A stretch of DNA of 54,650 nt from Methanosarcinales archaeon (GTDB lineage Archaea; Halobacteriota; Syntropharchaeia; Alkanophagales; Methanospirareceae): the NCBI GenBank assembly GCA_030611045.1, contig JAUWQN010000002.1:1-54650 (forward strand). The letters run 5' to 3'. How positions within the stretch are numbered: position 1 is the first letter of the stretch; the number at the start of each line of letters is the position of its first letter. A program made the translations under genes and the position numbers. The notes beneath the pieces are model-generated. The model ran no database searches. It saw nothing but the letters and a program-made list of their open reading frames with translations, and had not been told where the DNA came from. Below are positions 34,510 to 43,637 of the stretch, piece by piece.

Positions 34510-35703
34510 ATGCAAATGAGGGATGTAGCGATAATAGGAATTGGGCATACGAAATTTGGGCGAGCTGCGAAGACCTCAATTGAGTTATTTTCAGAAGCGG
34601 CACTGCAAGCAATTGACGATGCAGGTGTGGAATTGAAGGATATAGAAGCGTTGTTTCAAGGTGCGGCTCTTCCCGGTTTTGAAGAGGGTCAAGTAATGCC
34701 CGCGGGGTTCTCGGCCGCTGATCTCAACCTGGGGCCTATACCTGCGACGAGATTTGAAGGTGCATGTGCATCTGCATCAGTTGCGATACGAGATGCTGCG
34801 CTGTGGGTCGGTGCGGGGGAATACGATATGGTGCTTGCCGGAGGCACGGAAAAAGCGGTGATAATGGGTGTTCCCTTTGCCACACGAACTTTTGCGATGG
34901 CATGTCATGCGCCAACAGAAGGACCTGCAGGACTCACATTTCCGGGAGTATTCGCAATGGCTGCGAGACTATATGCGAGAAATTATGACCTGCCACTTGA
35001 TGCACTGAGAGAAAAGATGGCGTGTGTTTCGGTAAAGAACCACCAGCATGGTGCTTTAAATCCCTTAGCGCAATTCTATAATAAGTTGGGCGATTTGAAG
35101 GTCGAAGATGTAGTAAAATCAAAAATGGTAGCCGATCCATTAACGCTTCTGGACTGCTGTCCATTTTCAGATGGGGCATCAGCCCTTGTGCTCTGCGCCG
35201 CGGAGGATGCAAGGAAATATACTGATGAGCCAGTTTACATATTAGGAACAGGGCAGGGTTCAGGCGGTCCATTATCAAAGATGGGGGACTTAACAAAGCC
35301 TGCTTCGCGGATAAGCTCTGCAAAAGCAGCATTCGAGCGTGCGGGGCTCAGCCCCAAAGATATTGACATAGTGGAAGTTCACGATTGTTTTACAATTGCA
35401 GAAATAATCGCACTGGAGTGCATGGGTTTCTTTGAGTGGGGCGAGGCCGCAGATGCAACCGCAGAGGGACAAACGGAATTTGGAGGGAAGATACCGGTAA
35501 ATATGTCCGGCGGGTTAATCGGCAAGGGGCATCCGATAGGCGCAACAGGGGCATCGCAGGTTTACTGGATCGTTAAGCAGATGAGAGGAGAAGCACCAAA
35601 AGGCAATCAAATCAATCCGGTTCCGGAGTATGGGATGACCGATACACTTGGCGGCGACTTCGGGACATTATGTCATATTATACTTGGCAGGACAAAGAAG
35701 TAG
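34510..35703 (+). CDS. SCP2/archaeal-type thiolase
   Basis: EGACAS, EVHDCF, GHPIGATG; divergent C-terminal TDTLGGD. Confidence 0.9.
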   Translation: MQMRDVAIIGIGHTKFGRAAKTSIELFSEAALQAIDDAGVELKDIEALFQGAALPGFEEGQVMPAGFSAADLNLGPIPATRFEGACASASVAIRDAALWVGAGEYDMVLAGGTEKAVIMGVPFATRTFAMACHAPTEGPAGLTFPGVFAMAARLYARNYDLPLDALREKMACVSVKNHQHGALNPLAQFYNKLGDLKVEDVVKSKMVADPLTLLDCCPFSDGASALVLCAAEDARKYTDEPVYILGTGQGSGGPLSKMGDLTKPASRISSAKAAFERAGLSPKDIDIVEVHDCFTIAEIIALECMGFFEWGEAADATAEGQTEFGGKIPVNMSGGLIGKGHPIGATGASQVYWIVKQMRGEAPKGNQINPVPEYGMTDTLGGDFGTLCHIILGRTKK

Positions 35704-35720
35704 GGAATGGGGAATAGCCA

Positions 35721-36167
35721 ATGGGAAAAGGGATAGAAATGGATAAGGAATACTTGGTTTTAACCTATGCTGATTATGAGGGCGGTATAAGAGACGGGAA
35801 ATTGTTAGGGCTGCGGTGTGCAGCGTGCAACAAAATAACGTGCCATCCAATGCCTGTATGCCAGTGGTGCGGTGGCAGAACCCTTGAGATAACAGAACTG
35901 AGTGGAGAAGGCGAGTTGGTGACGTTTACGGTAATTCGTATACCTTCAGAGGGATTTGAAGATGATGTACCGTATATCCCGTGTCTGGTGAGAACAAAGG
36001 AGGGACCGTGCGTTGTAGGACGACTTGATTACGATACAGAGCGTGCCACGCAAGAACTACTTGGTAAGCAAGTGAAGCTGAGTGGTGCGTACACGTACAA
36101 AGGCGATAAGTTCTCCGGCGGACCTCGCACATGCCCTGTGTTTAGCTTAGAGTTATCGAATGATTGA
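35721..36167 (+). CDS. DUF35 zinc-ribbon/OB-fold thiolase partner
   Basis: CAAC...CQWC zinc ribbon, SGEGELVTFT. Confidence 0.88.
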   Translation: MGKGIEMDKEYLVLTYADYEGGIRDGKLLGLRCAACNKITCHPMPVCQWCGGRTLEITELSGEGELVTFTVIRIPSEGFEDDVPYIPCLVRTKEGPCVVGRLDYDTERATQELLGKQVKLSGAYTYKGDKFSGGPRTCPVFSLELSND

Positions 36168-36198
36168 ATGAACGAACGAAAGAAAAGAAGAAGAAGCC

Positions 36199-37059
36199 AT
36201 GACTAAAAAGAAAGTGTGTGTTGTGGGAATAGGTGTGATGGGAAACGGATTAGCGCAAGTATGTGCTCAGGCGGGTTATGATACCTCTGTTGTCAGTCGG
36301 AGTGAAGAATCTTTAGAGCGGGGAATCGGAAAAATAAAACGCAACCTTTCGGGTCTCGTTAAGAAAGGGCGGATGCAGCAAGAGGAGGCGGATAGCATTC
36401 TGGATGCATTACGAGCACAGGCGACAACGAGCCTGGAAGATGGTGCAAAGGGGGCGGATTTTGTAATAGAAGCGGTTTACGAGGATTTAGAGCTGAAAAA
36501 GGGAATATTCAGAGAGTTGGATAGGATCTGTCCAGAGCATACCATTCTTGCAAGTAATACCTCTACATTTCCTATTATCTCTTTAGCTACCGTAACAAAA
36601 CGACCTGATAAAGTAATTGGAACCCATTTCATGAACCCGCCACCGCTCATACTGGGTGTAGAGATAATCAAATCATTGTTGACTTCTGAAGACACGGTGC
36701 AGAGAACGGATGAATTCGTAAAGTCGTTGGGAAAAGATCCGATTATGGTCAAGGATTCGCCGGGGTTCGTGGTGAGTCGCATGATCTGCCTTGTGATGAA
36801 CGAAGCGGTAAGGATGCATGAAGAGGGGGTTGCGTCAGTTGAGGATATAGATAAGATAGCAAGATTATGTTTTAACTGGCCTATAGGGCCTTTTCAGCTT
36901 TTGGATTTAATCGGGATAGACATTGTGGCTGCAGTGCTCAATACGATGTATAATGAGACCGGCGGATACCGATTCAAACCAGCGCTTCTTATGGTGCAGA
37001 TGGTGCGGGCTGGCCGGACCGGGAGAAAGGCAGGGAGAGGGTTTTATGAGTATGCGTGA
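36199..37059 (+). CDS. hbd: 3-hydroxyacyl-CoA dehydrogenase
   Basis: GIGVMG, IEAVYE, ASNTS, HFMNP, GRKAGRGFYEY. Confidence 0.92.
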   Translation: MTKKKVCVVGIGVMGNGLAQVCAQAGYDTSVVSRSEESLERGIGKIKRNLSGLVKKGRMQQEEADSILDALRAQATTSLEDGAKGADFVIEAVYEDLELKKGIFRELDRICPEHTILASNTSTFPIISLATVTKRPDKVIGTHFMNPPPLILGVEIIKSLLTSEDTVQRTDEFVKSLGKDPIMVKDSPGFVVSRMICLVMNEAVRMHEEGVASVEDIDKIARLCFNWPIGPFQLLDLIGIDIVAAVLNTMYNETGGYRFKPALLMVQMVRAGRTGRKAGRGFYEYA

Positions 37060-37182
37060 CTGTTACGTGCACGTTGAACAGAAGATGGATGAATGATGAA
37101 GTAGAGGCAACGATACAACGATAGTTAGTGACATCGTTGGCAAAAACGCTCCCCCATCCCATAGACGGGGCTCATAATAAAA

Positions 37183-37977
37183 ATGACCGAAGAAAAGGAA
37201 TACAAATACCTCTTGTACAATAAGAAGGAACACGTTGCAACGATAACGCTTAACAGACCGCAATCGTTGAACGCATTGAACACCGCTTTATTAACTGAGT
37301 TGCGAAAGGTATTAGAGGATGTTGAGATTGATGCTGAGGTGCGTGTGGTCGTAATAACTGGAGTGGGAGATAAGGCTTTCTGTGCAGGAGCGGACGTAAA
37401 CGAGATACTTGATAAAGCTCCTGAAGAAGCACGTGTGTGGTCCTGGTGGGTTCAGGGGGTACTAACCCGCATAGAAACGATAAAGAAGCCAGTAATAGCG
37501 AAGATAAACGGGTTTTGTTTAGGTGGGGGGTTAGAACTTGCAATGGCATGTGATTTCAGAATTGCTTCAGAGACTGCGATATTTGGTCTGCCGGAAATAA
37601 ATCTGGCAATTATTCCCGGTGGTGGTGGGACTCAGCGACTACCGAGATTGATAGGGAAGACAAAAGCGATGGAACTGCTGATGACCAGTGAGCAGATAGA
37701 TGCAACAGAAGCGCTTCGGTTAACACTCGTGAATACCGTTGTCCCTGTAGATGAACTTGACCGTGAGGTTGAGGAACTAATCAAAAAATTGCTGTCAAAA
37801 AGTCCTGCTGCACTCGGAACACTCAAGTATGCGGTGAATAGAGGTGTAGAAATGAACTTAGAGTATGCATTGGAGTACGAATCGGAATGCTTTGGAGCGG
37901 CACTGGCAACTGAGGATGCACGAGAAGGGTTAAAAGCTTTTTTAGAAAAGCGGAAGCCGGAGTTTAAAGGTAAGTAA
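37183..37977 (+). CDS. crt: Enoyl-CoA hydratase (crotonase)
   Basis: FCAGAD, GGGLELAMACD, PEINLAIIPGGGGTQRLPR; both catalytic Glu present. Confidence 0.92.
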   Translation: MTEEKEYKYLLYNKKEHVATITLNRPQSLNALNTALLTELRKVLEDVEIDAEVRVVVITGVGDKAFCAGADVNEILDKAPEEARVWSWWVQGVLTRIETIKKPVIAKINGFCLGGGLELAMACDFRIASETAIFGLPEINLAIIPGGGGTQRLPRLIGKTKAMELLMTSEQIDATEALRLTLVNTVVPVDELDREVEELIKKLLSKSPAALGTLKYAVNRGVEMNLEYALEYESECFGAALATEDAREGLKAFLEKRKPEFKGK

Positions 37978-38075
37978 GGGAACAAGAGCGAAAATTTGAT
38001 TAATGCGGCGGTAGCGAGTCGGCAAGGGACCGATATAAACTTTAAATATGATTCAATAGTTCATTATTAATTAGT

Positions 38076-38291
38076 ATGATCGAGAAATTTAATGTTATTG
38101 TTGAAGAAGGCGAGGATGGATATCTTATTTCAGAGGTAATTGAACTTCCAGGATGCCATACTCAGGCAAAGTCATATGACGAACTTATGGAAAGAACCAA
38201 AGAGGCTATAGCTTTATACCTCAGTATGAAAAAGCCTGAGCCTGTCAGATCCAAATTTCTAGGGTTACAGCAGGTTGAAGTAGAGGTTTGA
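38076..38291 (+). CDS. hicB: HicB antitoxin
   Basis: ELPGCHTQA...KEAIALYL. Confidence 0.92.
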   Translation: MIEKFNVIVEEGEDGYLISEVIELPGCHTQAKSYDELMERTKEAIALYLSMKKPEPVRSKFLGLQQVEVEV

Positions 38292-38293
38292 TC

Positions 38294-38521
38294 ATGGCGA
38301 AATTGCCACTCATGTCAGCTAAGGAAGTATCAAAAGTACTTCAAGAACTTGGATTTGAATTTAAGAGGCAACAAGGAAGCCACATGTTTTTTGAACATCC
38401 TGATGGTAGGACAACAATTATCCCGAATCATCCCGGTGAGGATATTGATAGGGGGCTTTTAAACAAGATAATAAAACACGACCTTCAAATGAGTAGGGCA
38501 GAGTTCATGAAGCACATTTAG
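38294..38521 (+). CDS. hicA: HicA toxin
   Basis: LGFEFKRQQGSHMFF.HPDGRTTIIPNH. Confidence 0.92.
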   Translation: MAKLPLMSAKEVSKVLQELGFEFKRQQGSHMFFEHPDGRTTIIPNHPGEDIDRGLLNKIIKHDLQMSRAEFMKHI

Positions 38522-38525
38522 CCTT

Positions 38526-38564
38526 TTATATGTGCTCTATGAATGTCGTGGCGTCTTTCTTCAT
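38526..38564 (-). pseudogene. Truncated DUF86/HepT toxin start (12 codons)
   Basis: MKKDATTFIEHI* begins with an ATGA overlap on the MNT stop; typical DUF86 N-terminus. Confidence 0.6.
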
Positions 38565-38851
38565 AGAATCACCTCTTGTTCACTCAATATCCGTTCCTTG
38601 AGTAGCGGATGAAGTGATTTATAAGTAAGAACATCTACCTGCCTTCTCAACACTTTTTGAAGGTCTAATTTTAAACAGGAGAGATCTAATAAGCTCTTTC
38701 TTCCTTCAAATTCAATGAGTAGGTCAATATCACTCTTTTCAGTGGCTTCTCCTCGTACTATAGACCCGAAAAGGGAAGCTTTTTTCACCTCGTGTTTCTT
38801 CAACACTTCAATGACCCTCTGCTTTATCGCATCAATCTGATCTTCCTTCAT
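38561..38851 (-). CDS. Minimal nucleotidyltransferase (MntA-type antitoxin)
   Basis: LFGSIVRGE...SDIDLL, VDVLT. Confidence 0.9.
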   Translation of the reverse strand: MKEDQIDAIKQRVIEVLKKHEVKKASLFGSIVRGEATEKSDIDLLIEFEGRKSLLDLSCLKLDLQKVLRRQVDVLTYKSLHPLLKERILSEQEVIL

Positions 38852-39106
38852 AGTTCTAATATCAAGTATCTCTTGCATAAGTCCTTTACTATCCAATTCA
38901 CTTCACTGTTTACTGAGAGGTCGTCCTGCTTTTTAAAACTTTCGATTCATTATTAAACACAAGGATCGTAAAAATGATCAAACTATAGTTTAGTCAATCG
39001 ATTTCATTTGAGCCATTTAAAGAAGGATAATGAATTCGCAGCTCGCTGCGCCGGTGCGTGTTCCGTTGACAAGTTTCAGGTCGGTGGGCACACCTACGCT
39101 ACGACA

Positions 39107-39622
39107 TTATTCCACGGAAAGGATTTTGTTATACTCAAGCTGATCTTTGGGAATGGGCTGCTTCTCTTCGTCCGGGTAGCCGAAGGCGATAATTGATTCC
39201 ACCCGCATGTTCGCCGGTAACCCGAGCACATCCTTGATGTAATCCTCCGAGGTCTGGGAGTCGCTGTGTATCCTTTTTCGTATCTGGATCCAGCAGGAGC
39301 CCAGCCGCAGGCTCTGGCCAGTAAGTTGCAAGATTATGGATGCGATGGAGCAGTCCTCGATCCAGACGTCCGACTCATTCTCGCCGGCGCAGACTACCAC
39401 GCCCAGACCTGCACCCTGCAAGAAGCTCGAGCCGCGGGTCTTGGCCCTGGAGAGCGCTTCCAGTTTGGCTCGGTCAGTGACGAAGATAAACCGCCAGGGT
39501 CTGAAATTACGCGAGGTGGGCGAGCGAACGGCAGCCTCTTTGAGCAGCTCGATGAGCTCAGGCTCGATTGCTTTATCCTTGTATATCCTAACGCTGCGTC
39601 TCTTTCTCAGTATATCAAGCAT
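39107..39622 (-). CDS. Nitroreductase family protein
   Basis: RRSVR.Y, SPTSRN.RPW, LGSCWIQ, IAFGYP. Confidence 0.9.
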   Translation of the reverse strand: MLDILRKRRSVRIYKDKAIEPELIELLKEAAVRSPTSRNFRPWRFIFVTDRAKLEALSRAKTRGSSFLQGAGLGVVVCAGENESDVWIEDCSIASIILQLTGQSLRLGSCWIQIRKRIHSDSQTSEDYIKDVLGLPANMRVESIIAFGYPDEEKQPIPKDQLEYNKILSVE

Positions 39623-39713
39623 TATCAATCTTCCTCCACATCTTTCTATGGTTTTGCTGCAAAATAAGGTTATCTCCTTCTCTTTATCAACCGTGCGTCC
39701 GGGACGGGAGAGT

Positions 39714-40475
39714 TCATGGCTTCCACCCCACAATTATACCATAGCCCACATGAGGGCTCTGGAAGATCTGCTCGGACGCTCGCACGCTTTTGAAGCCACT
39801 GATTCCCCACTTCTTAAGAACCTTGAGAAAGAATTTCAGCAGTCTTACAATCCCTATTTTCTTTTTTATCTCCTTCCCCCAGCCAGGGATTAAGTATGAC
39901 TTGTCTACCGTCACAACGCCCTTGAGCCCCGCTTTTTCAAACAACCCTTTCCAGCCGTCAAGTGCCTCTGGGCGCTCACCCTCTATTGCAGCAAGTTTTT
40001 GCTTTACGGACTCTGGGGTATCTTCCTTCCAGCAAATATCATGGATGCCCACATATCCTCCTGATTTTGCCACCTTCACCATTTCACTGATTGCGCGCTC
40101 CTTATCTAGGAGACAGGTCGTGCACTCTGAGATAACCGCATCAAAAGTATTCTCTTCGAACGGTAGATTATGAGCATCGCCCTGTTTGAACGCTACAGTC
40201 AACCCCCGCTCCTCTGATTTCCTTCGCGCCTTTTCAATCATATAATCGGAAACATCCACGCCCGTCATCTGACACCCAAACTTCTCGGCGAGGAAGCAGG
40301 CACTTTCGCCCGTTCCAGAGGATACATCAAGCACCGTTGTATCCTTACCAATATGGCAGAACTCCGCGAGTTCCTTTGTTATGTCCAACCCACCGGGATG
40401 GAGAACCTCTAACCCCAAATCTTCACCTTCAATAAGATTCTCTAAGGATGGACGACGTTTATTTTCTCTTGCCAT
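39714..40475 (-). CDS. Class I SAM-dependent methyltransferase
   Basis: LHPGG, VLDVSSGTG, GDAHNLPF...FDAV. Confidence 0.88.
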   Translation of the reverse strand: MARENKRRPSLENLIEGEDLGLEVLHPGGLDITKELAEFCHIGKDTTVLDVSSGTGESACFLAEKFGCQMTGVDVSDYMIEKARRKSEERGLTVAFKQGDAHNLPFEENTFDAVISECTTCLLDKERAISEMVKVAKSGGYVGIHDICWKEDTPESVKQKLAAIEGERPEALDGWKGLFEKAGLKGVVTVDKSYLIPGWGKEIKKKIGIVRLLKFFLKVLKKWGISGFKSVRASEQIFQSPHVGYGIIVGWKP

Positions 40476-40525
40476 ACCATATCTTCGCACCTCCCTGTAT
40501 TTTGATTAATTGCATTTATCTCATC

Positions 40526-40969
40526 TTATGGCTCTAACAGTTCAAATCCTGTCTGATCATCAAAAATACGGCGTGCGCTTGAATCAATCAATTCAAAAAG
40601 GATAACCTCCATGATCTGCCAGACCTTCACACCCCTGCGCACACAGCCCGTTATCGTTTCGTCTCTTCGACCACTGGCGATATGCATGTGCAGGACCGGC
40701 TTGTGATCTTTATCAGGAAATATGGTTCCAACGCCTGCGATTTCATGGACATCGTCTAAAATATGCTCCATCGGTATAACCGGTGTACTTCTTCCTTCTT
40801 CGGGTCCGACTACCAGTTTGCTACCTTCGTCTGCGCCCCCAATCGCGATTAACGCTGCCGCTTCAATTGCGTGAATGCGAGCAAATTCTTCTATCTTTTC
40901 ATGAAGAATATCGCCGTCTTCGAGTCGGATAATAAAAGTCCGTCCTTGTTTTGCTTCCGAATATTTCAT
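40526..40969 (-). CDS. PPC/DUF296 domain protein
   Basis: RLEDGD, AIGG, LHMH, GCVRRG, MEV. Confidence 0.85.
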   Translation of the reverse strand: MKYSEAKQGRTFIIRLEDGDILHEKIEEFARIHAIEAAALIAIGGADEGSKLVVGPEEGRSTPVIPMEHILDDVHEIAGVGTIFPDKDHKPVLHMHIASGRRDETITGCVRRGVKVWQIMEVILFELIDSSARRIFDDQTGFELLEP

Positions 40970-41059
40970 TTGTAATTTAGCCCAAATGCAAGGGCTCCGA
41001 GTAACTAATATGTAAGATAACGTCTTTTTATTTATACCTTTTCCTCTTTATTCCTTATC

Positions 41060-41986
41060 ATGGATCTCATCTCAATCTTTGACCTCTCGCATGCGGAACT
41101 CGAAGCGATACTAAATAGAGCAGAAGTGCTGAAAAAAGAGCGAAGAGAAGGCGTAAAAACGAGAACTGACCTTGAAGGCAAGACCTTAGCACTGATCTTC
41201 GAGAAACCGTCCACACGCACCCGTGTCTCCTTTGAGGTTGCGATGCGGGAGTTAGGCGGGAACGTGCTCAGTCTAAATTGGAACGAACTCCAGTTGGGAA
41301 GAGGCGAACGAGTACAAGAGACGGCAAAGGTGCTTTCCTCTTACGTTGATGCAGTGATGATACGAGCATACCGACATGCTACGGTGGAGGAGTTTGCGCA
41401 CTATGCCTCGATTCCAGTGATAAATGGCTTAACTGATTTTGAGCATCCCTGTCAGACGCTGGCAGATCTAATGACGATACAGGAGTATAAGCAAAAATTT
41501 GCGGGTGTTAACGTCGCGTGGTTCGGTGACGGGAATAACGTATGCAACTCGCTCATCGGCGGGGCTGCACTTACAAGCATGAATCTGCGTGTAGCCTGTC
41601 CAAAGGGCTACGAGCCTGACGGAGGGATAGTAGATCGAGCGAAGAACATGGGCGGTGAAGTGCTTATAACGGCAAATGCAGAAGAAGCTGCTATTGATGC
41701 TGACGTGTTATACACTGACGTATGGGTGTCAATGGGTGACGAGGCAGAGCGTGAGCAACGAATGACGGATTTACAAATTTATCAGCTCAACGAAGATTTA
41801 GTGAAACGTGCGAAGGACGACGCAATAATACTGCACTGCATGCCGGTGCATATCGGTGAAGAAATGACAGAGGTAGTAATGAACTCTGTTAACTCAGTGA
41901 TATTTGAGCAAGCTGAGAATCGGCTTCATGCACAGAAAGCGCTCCTGTTACACTTGCTCTTCTCTACGAAAAGCCCTCTACTCTAA
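41060..41986 (+). CDS. argF: Ornithine carbamoyltransferase
   Basis: STRTR, HPCQ, GDGNN, WVSMG, HCMP. Confidence 0.96.
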   Translation: MDLISIFDLSHAELEAILNRAEVLKKERREGVKTRTDLEGKTLALIFEKPSTRTRVSFEVAMRELGGNVLSLNWNELQLGRGERVQETAKVLSSYVDAVMIRAYRHATVEEFAHYASIPVINGLTDFEHPCQTLADLMTIQEYKQKFAGVNVAWFGDGNNVCNSLIGGAALTSMNLRVACPKGYEPDGGIVDRAKNMGGEVLITANAEEAAIDADVLYTDVWVSMGDEAEREQRMTDLQIYQLNEDLVKRAKDDAIILHCMPVHIGEEMTEVVMNSVNSVIFEQAENRLHAQKALLLHLLFSTKSPLL

Positions 41987-41989
41987 ACT

Positions 41990-42070
41990 AAAGGGAAAGG
42001 GTTTACCGAAATGGGCTTGCGCAACAAACTTTAGAAAAGTTTGGTTTGATCGAACATTTTTTAAAAAGAA
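41990..42070. repeat. AT-rich palindromic repeat copy upstream of cdhC
   Basis: CAAACTTT-AGA-AAAGTTTG followed by GTTTGATCGAAC; flank shared with 31086-31126. Confidence 0.7.
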
Positions 42071-42110
42071 CCTGCTTTAGAATATCTAAAGTAAAGTAAA
42101 TAAAAGAAAA

Positions 42111-43565
42111 ATGGGCGAACCAGAAGCGGATGAGGAGTACCCTTTTGATATAAGTCCTATGTATGAGGGTGAAAGGATAAGAAAGACGGATTTGTACGTG
42201 GAGTTAGGTGGACAAAGTAAACCCGGCTTCGAGCTTGTTCTCTTTGAACCTGATCCCGATAAGATAAATGATGGGGAGGTTAGCCTCATAGGACCTGACC
42301 TGGAGGAGATGGAGGAGGGCAGTACATATGCGTATGCAATGATATACAAGGTATATGGCGAGCAGATAGAAGAAGACCTTGAGGCGGTTATTGAGCGGAG
42401 GAATCATGAGTATCAGGGTTATATACAGGGCTATATGCACCTCAACCAAAGATCCGAAATTTGGGTAAGGATAAGCAAGGAGACGGTAAAGAAGGGACTG
42501 AAATCATTGAAACAGATAGGGAAAGCAACGATAATGCTTTTCAAGGCAGAACTGCCGTTTATCGAGAAGATGGAAGTGACCTACGTAACAGATGAGGACG
42601 AGGTGGTACGCAGGTTAGAAGAAGTGAAAAGGGTATATGAAGCGAGGGATGTGAAAGTGCGGGGACTTCATGATGAAGATGTGGACGAATTTTATCAGTG
42701 CACGCTTTGTCAGTCCTTTGCACCGACTAATGTTTGTGTAGTCACTCCTGATAGAACTGCCCTTTGCGGTGCAATGAACTGGTTTGATTCGAGAGCAGCA
42801 GCCCGGATTGACCCTGAGGGGCCTAATGCACCAATTCCAAAAGGAGAGTGCATAGACCCGATAGGCGGGGAGTATACCGGAGTAGATGATGCTGCAGTAC
42901 GGCTCTCAGGTGGCGAGTACGATTCTATAAAACTGCATTCGTTCCTTGAGCGGCCACATACAAGTTGTGGTTGTTTTGAGGTTGCGGGATTTTATATGCC
43001 GGAAGTTGACGGAATCGGATGGGTGCATCGTGGCTCGAAAGTTTCTGATACTCCTATCGGCCTGCCGTTCTCAAGTATTGCGAGTTCGGTAGGTGGAGGA
43101 AAGCAGGTAGAAGGTTTCCTTGGAATAGGAGTCCAATACTTCTACAGTCCCAAGTTTATACAATATGATGGTGGCTGGCGTCGTGTGGTCTGGATGGCTT
43201 CTGATTTAAAAGAGCGGGTAGGAGATGCCATTCTTGAGGAGATGCGCGGTAAGATAGCCACAGAGAAGGACGTGAAAAATATAGAAGAGCTGCGCGCATT
43301 CTTAAAGAAAGTTGACCATCCTGTTGTGAACGGTGTTACCCGTGATGTTGACGGTGCAAAAATAACGGAAGGATGGGCAGAAGCGGCAGAGGTAGCTCCT
43401 CCTGCTGAGATGGAAGAGGCTGTGCTTGGTGAAGCGGAACCCTTAACTCGCGTTCCTATTACGCAGATGATGGCCTCGGGAGTAGATTCCCCTATAAAGC
43501 TAATATTGAAGGACGCAGACATTCGCATAGGAAAAATAATAGTGAAGAGAAAAGGAGAGAAGTAG
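42111..43565 (+). CDS. cdhC: Acetyl-CoA decarbonylase/synthase beta subunit
   Basis: YEGERIRK, CTLCQSFAP, HTSCGCFE A-cluster ligands. Confidence 0.95.
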   Translation: MGEPEADEEYPFDISPMYEGERIRKTDLYVELGGQSKPGFELVLFEPDPDKINDGEVSLIGPDLEEMEEGSTYAYAMIYKVYGEQIEEDLEAVIERRNHEYQGYIQGYMHLNQRSEIWVRISKETVKKGLKSLKQIGKATIMLFKAELPFIEKMEVTYVTDEDEVVRRLEEVKRVYEARDVKVRGLHDEDVDEFYQCTLCQSFAPTNVCVVTPDRTALCGAMNWFDSRAAARIDPEGPNAPIPKGECIDPIGGEYTGVDDAAVRLSGGEYDSIKLHSFLERPHTSCGCFEVAGFYMPEVDGIGWVHRGSKVSDTPIGLPFSSIASSVGGGKQVEGFLGIGVQYFYSPKFIQYDGGWRRVVWMASDLKERVGDAILEEMRGKIATEKDVKNIEELRAFLKKVDHPVVNGVTRDVDGAKITEGWAEAAEVAPPAEMEEAVLGEAEPLTRVPITQMMASGVDSPIKLILKDADIRIGKIIVKRKGEK

Positions 43566-43637
43566 CGAGGATAAGTAAGCATCTTTTGTAAGGTGGGTGG
43601 GGTTTGATTAAACATAACAATGTGATAAGAGGTGGGA

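Noticed and set aside
37092..37135. Possible C/D-box sRNA (ATGATGA box C)
   Set aside because: No properly spaced CTGA D or D' boxes
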